Shown here: one piece after another, positions 10,631 through 24,350 of the stretch
Layout of the letters: the number at the start of each line of letters is the position of its first letter
Numbering within the stretch: the first letter of the stretch is position 1
NCBI RefSeq assembly: GCF_006345805.1
Contig: NC_042997.1
Location: 209,870,001-209,934,000, forward strand
Origin: Octopus sinensis
Taxonomy: Eukaryota
Length of the DNA: 64,000 bases
Direction of reading: 5' to 3'
Position numbers and translations under genes: made by a program
Notes under the pieces: generated by a model
What the model was told of the DNA's origin: nothing
The model's input: the letters and a program-made list of their open reading frames with translations, nothing else
The model's database searches: none

Positions 10631-13109
10631 CTAAGTCCTTCCATATCTAAGTCTACATAAACATGTTAAATATAGTTGTACACACACACACACACACACA
10701 AATATATAAATGAAAACCATGAAGAGAGTGGAGATTTATTCACATCCAAAACCTTTTATTATTAAAGTTTCCTACAGCATATATAACACTGACCTACATA
10801 TGTTTCTACTGCAGCAACTGCACAGTTCCGCGTGCAATTATGCATCCTAGTCTGGGTTTATTATACCTAATATAAATGCAACCACGTAATTTCCTATATC
10901 TAGAATTAATTGCTTTAGTAAGATATTGACAGTGTTTGGCTGATTCAGGAAAATCATCATCATCATTGTTTAATGTCTGCTTTCCATGTTGGCATGGGTT
11001 GGATGGTTTGACTGGGGACTGGCAAGCCAGAAGGCTGCACCAGGCTTCAATCTGATTTGGTTTGGTTTTCTACAGCTGGAGGCCCTTCCTAATGCCAACC
11101 ACTCTGAGAGTGCAGTGGGTGCTTTTTATGTGCCACCAGCACAGGAGCCAGTCAGGGCAAGGGGGCTGGCAATGAAAGTTGATTCATATAAAATTGTTTC
11201 ATTCACACAATTCAAAAGATGGTTTTTAAGTTGAATTTCACAAAAACGAGTCAAAAAGACTTGTAGTTTATGATGCTGCTTGACGATTTCACATCTCGTT
11301 TGAATGTTTACATTTTGGGGGCACAGGTTTTACAACTGGATGCTCTTCCTGTCACCAACTCCTTTACAGAGACTACACTGGGTGTATTGTGCCAACATAA
11401 AATATAAATATAGGACAGACAAGGATGTACCTGAATCATAGCAATGTCGACACAAGCATCACAACAACCATGCACCAATGAACAGAAGACAAAGAGAGAG
11501 AAAGAAAAGTAGAAAGTTAAATTGCAAGTACCTTTGTATCCAGTAGCTTCAGAGTGTGGGGGGAATCGAGTGGTTTGGTGGGGGGGAAAAATATAAAGTA
11601 GGAAATAATTATTATAGACTTGTTTGTTGGTTAGATACTGAATGTTGGTGTATATTTGGAGGGTGTGTAATATGTGTATATATGTGTATGTGTGTATATG
11701 TATGTATGCATATATGTGTACGAGTGTATATGAATGTTTAGATATATACATATAAAATATGTGTGTATTTGTGTGTGCGTGTGTATAAATAAATAGTGGC
11801 TAGGCAGCTAGTAGCCTTTACGTCACAACAGAATTCTTCGGAAACTATCCCTCAGTAACAGGAGCTTTCATTATCCCCCTACAACTCCTATGATGGACAG
11901 AACCAATAACCCTAATATCACAGTGACCAGGACATACAGCTTGGCAACAAGACCTCATTACAATCATGGAAATAGTCTCAATTCCAAGCTAAGTTCTTCT
12001 TGACTAGCACAATATCTTGGAAACACCCTTTGACCACAAGAGTAACCATATCCATCCAAAACTGACCACCCTTACAAAACATTATGGAAATAAATTGCCC
12101 GTCTACACTAGTGACCCTTTAGGGTACATAGCTTTGGCTACTAAATCCTGTGCATGGCACCATAAAGATATGACCCCTTTCCCTTATAAAACCCTACCAA
12201 AAACAGGATATAAGAAAGAGACATGGATGCAAGCCACATTGCAAAGGGATAACCCGTGTAGCAGTGGTGCCAAAATAAGATGCCCCCTGTGCCCTCTGTA
12301 AAGGGGTTAGGGTTAGGGTACTGAGTAGCATAAACCATGCCAAAGTGGAGTGTATGAACAAGGCATGAACATACTTTGCTGCAAAACTGCATTGTTTAGT
12401 CTTCATGAAGAAGGGCTGGAACTCTGAGTAAACACTTATATACAGAGTAAGGGGAGATCTGTTACTCCTCATATCAAGCAGGAAAGGGCTTTGTAAGACA
12501 GACAGAACGCCAAAGTTTGTCAGTTTTCAGTTGGTGTGTGTGTGTGTGTGTGTGAAAGATGAAGAAGACAAAGACGACCCATCTAATCCTTGGCAGCAGA
12601 AAAACAGACTTATAAAATGATGACAACGATGTTCATGAAATACATAGCTAAGTTATATCTGTCTGTCTGTCTGTCTCTCTCCACACACACAAATATTAGT
12701 CATATCCAAATCATGAAATTTAAGAGAGAAACTAGTCAACAAGTTCAAATACACAGCACAAAGAGAAGGTTTGTTAATGTTGTGTGATGAGAGGATAAAA
12801 GCCATGGATTTTTATCATGATTTTTGCATGAGTTCATCATACTTTGCCAATATTCTTCTTGTTCTTGTTCGTTTTCTTCAAGTGACTGCAAAAAAGATGC
12901 ATTTCAAAATGCTGTGCCAAGAATCTCTGGGTCTCATTAGCTTCATTTCACGCTGTGTATCATTGCCAATAACATCGATGTAGCCGAGGGTCTTTGTCTT
13001 CTATTAAGGTGCAAAAGTCTTCAAAATACACCTGATACAGCCTGGTGATGGCAGTGGTCAGAAAAGCTTAACCAAAATTGAATAATAATAGTAGAAATGG
13101 TTGAGAATG

Positions 13110-13720
13110 TGTCCATAAATCTCCTCTTTGGTTTTTGTGCTCTCATGCCTTGAGGGGTTTTGAGATTCTAGGGGAATGCACCCTCAAGGTGATCTTAATG
13201 CTCCTTTTTCATTGTCCAGGTTTCTCCTCCATAGAAGGCAATGCTCTCTACTTATGGTCTGAAGAAGGCAAACTTTGTTGACATTTAAATACTTGGTTGG
13301 CAGATGTTCTGGAGCTTATTACAAGCACTGTCAACTGGCCCCTTGCATGTAAGGAAGTCTTTTTGATTGTCAGCAAAATACTTGGTTGGCAGATGTTCTG
13401 GAGCTTATTACAAGCACTGTCAACTGGCCCCTTGCATGTAAGGAAGTCTTTTTGATTGTCAGCAAAATACTTGGTTGGCAGATGTTCTGGAGCTTATTAC
13501 AAGCACTGTCAACTGGCCCCTTGCATGTAAGGAAGTCTCTTTGATTGTCAGCAAAATAGGACCCAAGGTACTTGAAGTCGCTGCCCTGCTTGAGCTAGGT
13601 GCCATTATTGGAATAAGAAAGCAATCGGATTTTATCATCATTGATGGTTACATACACAGTGTTCTTTGTAAGGATCTTAGGATGCAGATAAATCTCAAGG
13701 AGGGGGTGATTGGCAGCACG
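13110..13720 (-). mobile_element. RTE LINE fragment with an internal 3 x 89-bp tandem duplication (13288-13558)
   Basis: DFKYLGSYFADNQRDF...VESIAFYGGETWTMKK on -; unit period 89 (13292, 13381, 13470). Confidence 0.75.
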
Positions 13721-15504
13721 TAGTTCTAGATAACACTCATCCAACCATACAAACATCATCATCATCATTTAACGTCCGTTTTCCATGCTGGCATGGGTTG
13801 GACGGTTCGACTGGGATCTGGGAAGCCAGGTGGTTGCACCAGGCCCCAATCTGATCCTGGAGTGTTTCTACAGCCGGATGCCCTTCCTAATGCCAACCAC
13901 TCCCAGAGGGTAGTGGGTGCTTTTTATGTGTCACTGGCACAGGGGCCAGAGAAGCTAACATCGACTACGATAGATTGGTGCTTTTTACATGCCTCCGACA
14001 TGGAAGCCAGTCAAGGTGGCACTGGCATCATAAAGAGAATATCAAAAGTGATGGTAATGGTGGAAGCTGGGAAGCATTACATGTGCGTATGTGTGTGTGA
14101 ATGTATGTATGTATACACATTTGAGTCTCTCACCAAATATGTTTCTGTTAAGTCTACATCGGTTGCCTCCCCTGCTTCTTTGATACCTTGCCAATCCTTC
14201 TGTCACTCACCTTTTATCCTCTTGTACCATGCTGCCTGTGTAACAAAGAAAAGTATGAAACTTGTTTGACTCTCTAATCCTTCCGAAGCTCACCTAGTCT
14301 TCTATCACCTTACCATACTACCCCTATAGTAAGTACTGGACTTACTTGTGTTCGGTACCCATTACCACCATCCTTAGGATTCTGCCATCGCAACTGTAGA
14401 AGGAACCTGAGGAAGAGGTAGACTCAGGAAGAGATGGGACGAAGAGGGGGAGCATGATCTTCAGTTGTGGAGTCTCAAGGAGGCAATGACAAGTGATCAT
14501 AACCTTTGGCGATTTGCTGTGCTTGAGAAGACACATCAAGTTAAATGAAGTCATAGTCATGGCCAGTGCCGGTGACACATAAAATGGCATCCACTACACT
14601 CTTGGAGTGGTTGGTGTGAGGAAGGTCATCCAGTGGTAGAAAAACTGCCAGATATTGCTGGAACCTGGTGCAGCTCTCTGACTTACAAGTTCCAGTCAAA
14701 CCATCTCAGCCATGCCAGCATGGAAAACGGATGCTAAATGGTGATGATGACTTGCTCATCATGAGAGGCCTATGTATAAGGGCTTGCACTGGTCCTCTTT
14801 GTACCTGACACACTTTACTCTTTCTCTTTCTGTACTGCCAGTCATCACTCCCTCTCTCAGGCCCATTTTCTATTAACATCCACAAATCAATCTTACCACT
14901 GTCCACCTATAGATGTATCGATCATGCTTACTTCCTTCTCCACCACCTTCTCATCACCGTTTCTACCACATATTCCTACTCTGCCCACCTACAAATTCTA
15001 GTTCTTCTATCATCACTTCACTCTCTCTCTTCTATTCATCTTTCCTCTCAGTTACATTCCTATGACAATATCATAGCAGAGTAAAAACTCTTTAGTCTTA
15101 CAGAATACAAGGCAACCTCACTAGTGCTGGTGCCAACATGGAATACATCCAGCACACTCTGTAAAGTGGTTTGTGAATGAGCAAGTGCAATGCTAGGTGA
15201 GAGGACCCTTTACTCTTGCTGAGTACATGACAACATGTCTGGTGCCAGAACAAAATGCATCCAGGACTCTCTATAGGGTAGTTGGTGAGAGGAAGGGCAT
15301 CCAGTCATAGAAACCAACTTAGAAATGAAACATGAGTGAGACGAGATACTCTGAACCATTTAGGAGGGCAGTAACTCTGAGTCGGAACTGACTTGAACTG
15401 TAATGACCCATCCAACTTTTTCCTGCAAGGAAACTGGACATAATATGATGATGAAAATGGCGATGATGGTGGTGGTGGTGATAATGATGGAAGCTAGGAT
15501 ATAT

Positions 15505-16400
15505 ACATCATCATCATCATCATCGTTTAACGTCCGCTTTCCATGCTAGCATGGGTTGGACGATTTGACTGAGGTCTGACGAACCAGATGGCTGCACCAG
15601 ACTCCAATCTTGAACTGGCAGAGTTTCTACAGCTGGATGCCCTTCATATATATATATATCATCATTTAACGTCCGCTTTCCATGCTAGCATGGGTTGGTC
15701 GATTTGACTGAGGTCTAGCGAACCAGATAGCTGCACCAGGCTCCAATCTTGATCTGGCAGAGTTTCTACAGCTGGATGCCCTTCATATATATATATATCA
15801 TCATTTAACGTCCACTTTCCATGCTAGCATGGGTTGGACGATTTGACTGAGGTCTGGCGAACCAGATAGCTGCACCAGGCTCCAATCTTGATCTGGCAGA
15901 GTTTCTACAGCTGGATGCCCTTCATATATATATATATCATCATTTAACGTCCACTTTCCATGCTAGCATGGTTGGACGATTTGACTGAGGTCTGGCGAAC
16001 CAGATAGCTGCACCAGGCTCCAATCTTGATCTGGCAGAGTTTCTACAGCTGGATGCCCTTCATATATATATATATCATCATTTAACGTCCACTTTCCATG
16101 CTAGCATGGGTTGGACGATTTGACTGAGGTCTGGCGAACCAGATAGCTGCACCAGGCTCCAATCTTGATCTGGCAGAGTTTCTACAGCTGGATGCCCTTC
16201 ATATATATATATATCATCATTTAACGTCCACTTTCCATGCTAGCATGGGTTGGACGATTTGACTGAGGTCTGGCGAACCAGATAGCTGCACCAGGCTCCA
16301 ATCTTGAACTGGCAGAGTTTCTACAGCTGGATGCCCTTCATATATATATATATATCATCATTTAACGTCCACTTTCCATGCTAGCATGGGTTGGACCATA
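15505..16400 (-). repeat. Tandem array of ~139-bp SINE-tail units (6 full copies plus a partial)
   Basis: Each unit runs catcatttaacgtcc...ctggatgcccttc and then (AT)n. Confidence 0.9.
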
Positions 16401-17225
16401 TATGTATATACACACACACACACATGCACATCATTGGGGTTTCTCTTCCCATGTGTCTCTGTTAAATCTATATCTGCTGTCTCTTCTTACACAGTGAATC
16501 TGGAGTCAATGCTTGTAAGAGATTTCTGCACAATATGGCGATAGAGTACAATTTTGAAGGAATTCTATGTCTGAAAGGGCATGTGAAATGTCATAGAAAA
16601 TATTGTCAGAATCTGGTTAGAAGTTCCAAACAATAACCCTGGATACCAAGGATCAACAGAACAAGAAATAACAAAGTTGTTGGTGATAGCAGAGATAGTG
16701 AAGAATATGAAGACAATAAACCATTGCTGAAGAACCTCAGGTTCTCAGCTAGATGAGTATTCTTTGGATAGTCTTGGATATTGAAGAGGAAAGATGGAGA
16801 GCTTCTTACAAGGAGGGAAATGAATAAACTGGTTAACTTACAAATATATATCAGGCACAAAAGTTCTTCATCAGAAGCAAACTGTCAAGAAATGTCAGAC
16901 TATTCAGACACTAGAAAATTACTATTTTTAAATCTCAGAACAAGAGATATTCAGCAACGGTACTTTGGAGTAAAGATTGTTTGCCAACATAACATGGCAG
17001 TCCTGGTTTAGGACGAATGTTGCCGTAATTTAGCCCCAGGAGACAATGTCTCCAGCTGGCTATACAACACGATCTGTGTCCTTATATTTTCAAACAAGGA
17101 AATCTAGCATCCTTACTCAGCTCATGATTTGTAGTCTTGCAGCATCAGAGTGAGTGGTGGGGGCAGCAATGGGTGGCCAGTGATCATAGTAGCACCAGCT
17201 GTTCCTCAAATGGTTGCAGAGGTCA

Positions 17226-17265
<40 letters not shown>

Positions 17266-17784
17266 AGGTGGTGATGGTGGACAATGAGCAACTGTTGGTT
17301 GGTATCAATCACAATGGAAGCAATGGCTTGTAATTTTTTGTAGTGTTAGTGGTGGTGGTGGTAGATAGAGCAGTAGTTGGTGACAAACAGACTGGAACAA
17401 GCAATAACAACCATCATATTGGTGATATTTGTCATCACAGCAATCAAATTAGACAATGCCAAGCAGCTTCTATAAACCAGTGGCCTCATCACTTTTATGA
17501 ATGCCACAGGGTTGCTGTTCAGACCACAAGCAACCTGGCTGGTGTCTGAATAGATAGGCATTTCTTGACTGTTTACTATTGATCGTGGGCCCTTGGGCCT
17601 GGAATACACAAAGATTATTAAATACATTTCTTTTGCACATCGTAAGGAGCCCTCAGTCTTCACTATTTTACTTCTTAATCACAACACTTCAAGCAATCTA
17701 CAAGGCTCTCCTGATATTCGGTAATCAATGTTTTTAGAGTCTGAACGGAACTCGTTAATGCATCTACAGGTATAATGACTCTAA

Positions 17785-18066
17785 TTTCAATACATGTGTA
17801 TATTTAGGGCTAAACCACTAGGTGGATAACCAATATGCTAGAAGAAGATCACATACGATCTAACTACAAAGAAAGAATGTTCTCCAGAGAAAATCCAGCA
17901 AACACCAGAACAGAGGCGGGAAAGACAGATGCCTGCCTCTGTTCTGGTGTTTGCTGAATTTTCTCTGGAGAACATTCTTTCTTTGTAGTTAGATCGTATG
18001 TGATCTTCTTCTAGCGTATGGCTGTCCACCTAGTGGTTTAGCCCTAAATATGCACATGTATTGAAA
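17785..18066. mobile_element. Hairpin MITE (~132-bp arms, 17-nt loop)
   Basis: tttcaatacatgtg...cagaggc and gcctctg...cacatgtattgaaa; shares atgctagaagaagatc with 54772-54939. Confidence 0.8.
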
Positions 18067-20069
18067 CTTTTTCTGATTTTTCAGATATTTTATATATGCT
18101 AGACTACTGGTTTTAAATTGATATTAATTAAATTAATATTCAATTTATCTCCCTCATTATTTAAAGGTATAATTACTCTAAGGTAGAAAGGCATTTTTTA
18201 TTCAGATTAGGAAATCAATGTTAAAATTTTTTAATTTCTAAGCAAAACAAGTGAGAAACAAATCACAGCTTATGTATCACTCTCCATTATTACACACACA
18301 CACACAGAGGCACTCCGTTGGTTACAATGACGAGTGTTTCAATTGATCCAATCAACAGGACAGCCTGCCTGTGAAATTAATGTGCAAGTGGCTGAGTACT
18401 CCACAGACACGTGTAACCTTAACACAGTCCTCGGAGATTCAGTATGGCACAGAATATGACAAGGCTGGACGTTTGAATAACATTTTTGCCAGATGAGTGA
18501 ACCTTACAATCATGAGCCACATACCCTAACCACTGAACCACTGACCTCCATCACAGACACACACATAATAAATACATTCTTAAACCAGAGAAGACCTTCT
18601 CCACCCACCATAGTGGTGAGTGTTGACTCCACCCACCACTATTAAAGAATTGCCTTATTCACTATGGTAAGACTGTGGGTTGGCAAGGGTCATTCACAAG
18701 AGTCGAAGCAGAATGTGACTCGAATTTAAATGATGAAAGGAGAAGCTGACCATAGTGAGATTTGATCTCAGAGCACAGACAGCAAAACAAATGCCACAAA
18801 ACATTCTTAAGATGACACTTTAAAAATGTCAATTTGCTTTCTTCTCTCTCTCCATAAGCTTGTATACAGTCATCGTCGTCATCGTTTAACGTTCGTTTTC
18901 CATGCTGGCATAGGTTGAATGGTTCAACCGGGGTCTGGGAAGCCAGGAGGCTGCACCAGGCTCCAATCTGATCTGGCAAGGTTTCTACAGCTGGATGCCC
19001 TTCCTAATGCCAACCACTCCAAGAGTGTAGTGGGTGCCTTTTACGTGTCACTGGCACAGGAGCCAGTCAGGTAGTACTGGCACCGACCATGTTTGAATGG
19101 TGCTTTTTATGTGCCACCGGCATGGGAGCCGGTCAGGCGATACAGGCGCCGACCACACTTGAATGGTGCTTTTTATGCGCCACCGGCATGGGAGCCGGTC
19201 AGGTGGCACTGACAACAGCTACTACAAAAAAATCATTTGATTTCTAACTCAGACACTTTGACACCTGTCTTTTCTTTAATGGTTCTTAGGTTTCCTCTCC
19301 ATTCTAGTCAATGGCTTCTTTCTGCCCCGTTTCCCTCGCACCTTCTCTCCATATTCACTGCATATTATGTTGAATGACCAACCTATCACCATTTAACCCT
19401 ATCCTTTCCCTTTTCTCACTAACTCCTATCATTAATCTCTTTTCTCTCCCCAATTCCCTGCTGCACCTCCCTCTCTTCCCTCAACACTCTGACCACGATC
19501 ATCACCCACTTTCTCTTCTCTCCTATTCTCCTTCTGTTACAAAGGTCCATGATAGGGTTTTTAGCCCCGGAAATCACTGGTACTGATGCCATGGAAAAAG
19601 CAGCAAGGGCACTTTGTCGGCATTGGACAGTGTATCCAGTCAAAGGGACTGTGCCAAGGTAGACATGGGCGCATGACACAATTCTCTGACTTGTCAGATT
19701 CTATCAGGCCATCCAAACCATGCCATCAGAAAAGCTGGACATTAAATGACAAAGATGGTGATGATTATGATGGTGTAAGTTCAAGGGAAAAGTGGATTAA
19801 ATGATTCACAGGTATATGTATTGGGGACTTCAATAATCCCTAAAAAAAATGAAAGGCAAAGATGGCCTTGGCTGGACTTAAGTCCCTGAATGTGACAGAC
19901 ATTTAAAGAGAATTAACTAAATATCACTAAATGTTTAACTGACACTCTACCGATTCACCTCTAACCCCGTCAGCTTTTGACTCGGGTCACGGCTGCATAT
20001 AACAGGCATTCTGGATACATTCTATCACTCTCTCTTTTATTCATAGCCATGTCTTTGTATATGAGACAA

Positions 20070-20095
20070 GGAGAGAGAGAGAGAGAAAGGGAGAA

Positions 20096-20135
<40 letters not shown>
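20070..20135. repeat. (AG)n microsatellite
   Basis: Direct reading. Another at about 62215-62325. Confidence 0.95.
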
Positions 20136-20142
<7 letters not shown>

Positions 20143-20204
20143 GAGAATAAATAAACTGTTATAACAGATGTACATGGAACAACTGACCGAAACAAAGGTA
20201 TATT

Positions 20205-20915
20205 TATGGGGGTGGGGTACCCAAAAGAAACCGAAATTTTGCAGAATTCTTTTATTCACTTAGTTTTACATGTTTATACTTTTTTTGCCTCCAAAATACT
20301 CTCCAGTTGAAGCAATGCATTGGTCTGGACCCGTTTTCCACTGCTCGAAGCAGTCCTGGAACTCTTGTGAAGTGATGCCTTTCAATGCCTCCATTGTTTC
20401 TTTCTTCAAGCCTTCCACATCTGCAAATTCCATAGCACTAGCTTTTGTCACTAGTGATGACCTTCGAAAAACAGTTAGGATCAACTTGCAACTGTTCTCT
20501 CAGTTCATGAGACGCATTCACTCGTTACAGCTTTTTAATCTCCAGTGAGGGAGCAAAGCACAAATTTTGCTGCAACTCTTTTCATTTATTGGCAGGAGCT
20601 TCAGGACACACCAAGTCATATCAACAAGTCCGTCAATTGTTCGGTGACGGTCCTCCAAGATCAGTTCATAAATTTTCATGATGTTTTCATTCGTTCCGGA
20701 GGTCAATGGTCGTCCTGAACAAGGTTGGTCTTCAAGAGATGAGTGACCATTCCTGAAGCATGGAAACCACTCGTAAACTTGTGCTTTGCTCATGGCATCG
20801 TCCTTGTAAGCTGTTTGAAGCATGATAAATGTTTTGGCTGCCGTTTTCCCCAGCAAGAAACAGAATTTCATGGAAGCCATTGCAGAAATCAATGAACAGT
20901 ACCAGTTATGCACTG
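20205..20915 (-). mobile_element. Mariner transposase remnant, internally deleted
   Basis: N-terminal HTH (IKFCF-like MKFCFLLGKTAAKT...VYEWF...LEDQPCSGRP) joined to the C-terminus (EFQDCFEQWK...CIASTGEYF); catalytic core not seen; mariner-type end near 20205. Confidence 0.85.
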
Positions 20916-21904
20916 GGGTCGGTGTAATTGACTTAATCCCTTTGTCTGTCTTTGTTTGTCCCCTCTGTGTTTAGCCCCCTGTGGGCAATAAAGAAATAAA
21001 TATTTAAGACGAGTAAGGTGGCGAGCTGGCAGAATCGTTAGCATGCTGGGCGAAATGCTTAGCGGTATTTCGTCTACTGCTACGTTCTGAGTTCAAATTC
21101 CGCTGAGGTTGACTTTGCCTTTCGTCCTTTCAGGGTCGATTAAATAAGTACCAGTTACGCACCGGGGTTGATATAATCGACTTAATCCGTTTGTCCCCTC
21201 TGTGTGTAGCCCCTTGTGGGCAGTAAAGAAATAGGTATTTCATCTGCCGTTACGTTCTGAGTTCAAATTCTGCTGAGGTTGACTTCGCCTTTCATTCTTT
21301 TGGAGTGGATTAAATAAGTACCAATTACACACTGGGTCCCAATGTAATCGACTTAATCCCTTTGTCTGTCCTTGTTTGTCCCCTCTATGTTTAGGCCCCC
21401 TGTGGACAATAAAGAAATAATTATTATTATAATAAACACACACACACAAGGTAGTTGCCTGCCATTTAATGAGTAACTCCAACAGTATGCTTTCGCCACC
21501 CTGGGTAATACCAGGAAATATGACAGACATATAATGATTATGATTTAAATTTCATCACATTTCTTGCTGCTTATACAAAATAATGAAATGAATATTAAGT
21601 TTTAAAACCAAATAAAAAAAGAAAAGATTCTCATTTGAATAACTCCTCCCACTATTACTCTAGCATTTACCTCCTCCCCTGCCTGCCTTCTCTGTCTCTT
21701 CGATTCTGTATCTCACACTATGTGTGTGTGCATGCACTGCATTCCATTACTCATTGCCTGCCACCAAGCCTAGTATGGACACACACCCAGCACTTCTTAC
21801 GTTAACTCTCTCTGTATCTCTCTTGTAATCTCTCTCTCTCTCTCTCTCTCTTTTTCTCTATACATTGTAAATTGTAACCAGAAAAATAAAGTTACCAACT
21901 AACC

Positions 21905-21983
21905 AAAATTATATATATATAAACACATATATATGTGTATATATATATATAAATATCAGCTAATTCATACATACCTTCATACA

Positions 21984-22062
<79 letters not shown>
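21905..22062. repeat. (AT)n microsatellite next to the BAP1 exon 9 donor
   Basis: Direct reading. Similar (AT)n tracts at about 7790-7880, 46075-46157 and 51490-51535. Confidence 0.95.
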
Positions 22063-22063
<1 letters not shown>

Positions 22064-22109
22064 AGTATGTGCGTATGTATGTGTGCATATAGTAATGAAA
22101 TCAACTTAC

Positions 22110-22233
22110 CTGTTGTAAGGTGTCCAGGATGATCTGCCGGTTCTTTTTCAGCGTCATCAGTTTGTTCTCATACAGTTGTCGCCTGTCTGGTACGACTGCC
22201 ATCAGATTGAACCAGATGTCATGGTAGGGTTCC
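22110..22233 (-). CDS. BAP1: BAP1 exon 9 ([41 protein letters not shown])
   Basis: AAG acceptor after a pyrimidine tract, GTAAG donor, 124 nt. Confidence 0.95.
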
Positions 22234-23689
22234 CTTTGAAGACAAAGCAGGAGACGTTCGTTAATCATGACATGAAGTTTAATTGGGAAGTGGAAGAGTT
22301 GAGGAATATTCTGCTGGCCTCAGGCCAACAGGACACAAGCATGTAAAGCCAGAATAATACAAGGTACAAAGTTAGCAAGATTGGGGGAGAGGGTTAATCA
22401 ATTACAGTGACCCCAGCACGCAACTGGTACTTATTTTATAGCCCACAAAAGGATGAAAGACAAAGCTGATATCAGCTGAATTTGAACTCAGGACATAAAG
22501 ATGGAACAACAACGGCAACAATGCTGATGGTGAAGATGATGTGTACGGCCATTGGCTGGTAGAATCGGTAGAGCGTGTTGCAAGTATTTAGTGGCAACCC
22601 TTGATGAGAAGATGGAACCCGAAGGACACTGATGGCACAATGGTGGCATTCATTGATGACTGTTGTACAAAGTCAAGACAAAGAGAGAGACACACACATT
22701 ATTGTTGATGTTGTAGTGGTGGGGATGAGAGCAGTATCACAGGAGGAGATAAGGATCATACTGTTGATGTCATTTAACCCTAGGTTTTGAAACCTAAGAT
22801 CAAAACTAATCCAGGCACGACCATCCCACCACTCTCTTAGTCTACATTATACAACGTATCTTTTCAAGAGAGTAGTGTCTGCTTTGAGGGAGACTTAACT
22901 GCTCTTTCTAGCAAGTCAAGTGACCACATATAGGTTTCCTTCTTGGTTTGGCGATGATGATAGTGATGGTGGTGATGGGGCTAGTAAAGGGGACATTGGA
23001 ATGGTTATGATGATGGTGATTGTGGTGATGGGGTCAGTAGATAAGTATTATGGTAATCAGCCCCTCTCCAAACTGATATTTACCATTGACCACATGTCCA
23101 CCCTCGTCCATCATTCACCACATTCACCTCCATCCACCTCCCATTCTCTTCTCACACTCTTATAAACCCACCCCACCTTCTCCTTCCCAATCTTCTGCCT
23201 CTATTCTCTTTTAAACGTTTATCTTGAAAGTAGATATTCATACTTCATCAACACCCTCATTGTCCCCTTCCTAGACATTTCCATCCACCCTTAATATAAC
23301 ACTGGTATCTTCTGTGCCTGTCCTTCTATCAGACTTTAAGCCCCACCCCCAGCCCTGGCATAAAGCCCTCTCCCTCCCTACTATGGCGGCCCCGCTCAGT
23401 TGAAGGTTTTTTTTCTTTGTTTTGCAAGTTACCTGGCAACCTCATTAGTGGTGGTCTTATGAAAGAACACACCCAGCACCCTCTGTAAAATGGTTAATGT
23501 TAGGGCATCCAAGCACTGAAACCATGCCAAAGCTGAAGCAGTCCTCCTGACAAATTGTCCAATCCATGGATGTTAAATAAGGATGATGATGGTTATGGTA
23601 AACGAGTCAAGAGGTAAGGGTTATGGCAATAGTGATGATGATGATGACGATGATGAAGGTGATGGTCACAATGGTGATACTGTTAATCT

Positions 23690-24077
23690 TTCTACTCCTA
23701 TGCCGGTGGCACGTGAAAAGCACCCTCTGAACATAGTTGGTGCCAGTGCTCCCCGACTGGCTCCTGTGCCAATGACATGTAAAAAGCACTATCTGAATGT
23801 GATTGATACCTGGCCTGCATTACTGGCACATGAAAAACACCATCCCAACATGGCTAATGCCAGTACCCCGTGACAGACTCCTGTGCCGGTGGCACATAAA
23901 AAGCACTGACTACACTCTCGGAGTGGTTGGCGTTAGGAAGGGCATCCAGCTATAGAAACACTGCCAGATCAAATTGGAGCCTAGTGTGGTGGCCTCCTGG
24001 CTTGCCAACCCTCAGTCAAACCTTCCAACCCATGCCAATATGGAAAACGGACGTTAAACGATGATGATGATGATGAT
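23690..24077 (+). mobile_element. SINE/LINE-tail family B with (GAT)n tail, representative copy
   Basis: ggttggcgttaggaagggcatccagc...ggacgttaaacgatgatgatg. More than 20 copies, e.g. about 94-430(-), 3345-3557(+), 10955-11170(-), 13755-14030(-), 18870-19230(-), 24715-24930(+), 27887-28170(-), 31951-32330(-), 35365-35718(+), 51986-52515(-), 55715-56105(+), 58550-58840(-), 63279-63620(-). Confidence 0.85.
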
Positions 24078-24271
24078 GGTTTCTGTTATGGAACTACAGG
24101 CATTTTCGGTGCCACCAATCAGTTCTGTTGATTCCAAAACATATTTTAATCACCTCAGAAGGATTTAAAGAAAAGTAGACCAAGACAGGATTTGAACTCA
24201 AAAATTAACAGTGTATGACGCTTGATAGGATCAATGATAGTTAAGAAAACAGTTTGAAAGAGACATCTTAC

Positions 24272-24350
24272 CCTCCGGTACCTGTACCAAGTCTCTCAGA
24301 GATGACACGACGGAATTTTTCAGTCCAGTCTTCATTTTCTTGCCACGGTC
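24272..24350 (-). CDS. BAP1: BAP1 exon 8 ([27 protein letters not shown])
   Basis: TAG/GTAAG boundaries, 79 nt. Confidence 0.95.

Noticed and set aside
15505-16400. CRISPR-like periodicity (also 57155-58336 and 13288-13558)
   Set aside because: Units repeat in full with no unique spacers, there are no cas genes, and the DNA is eukaryotic.
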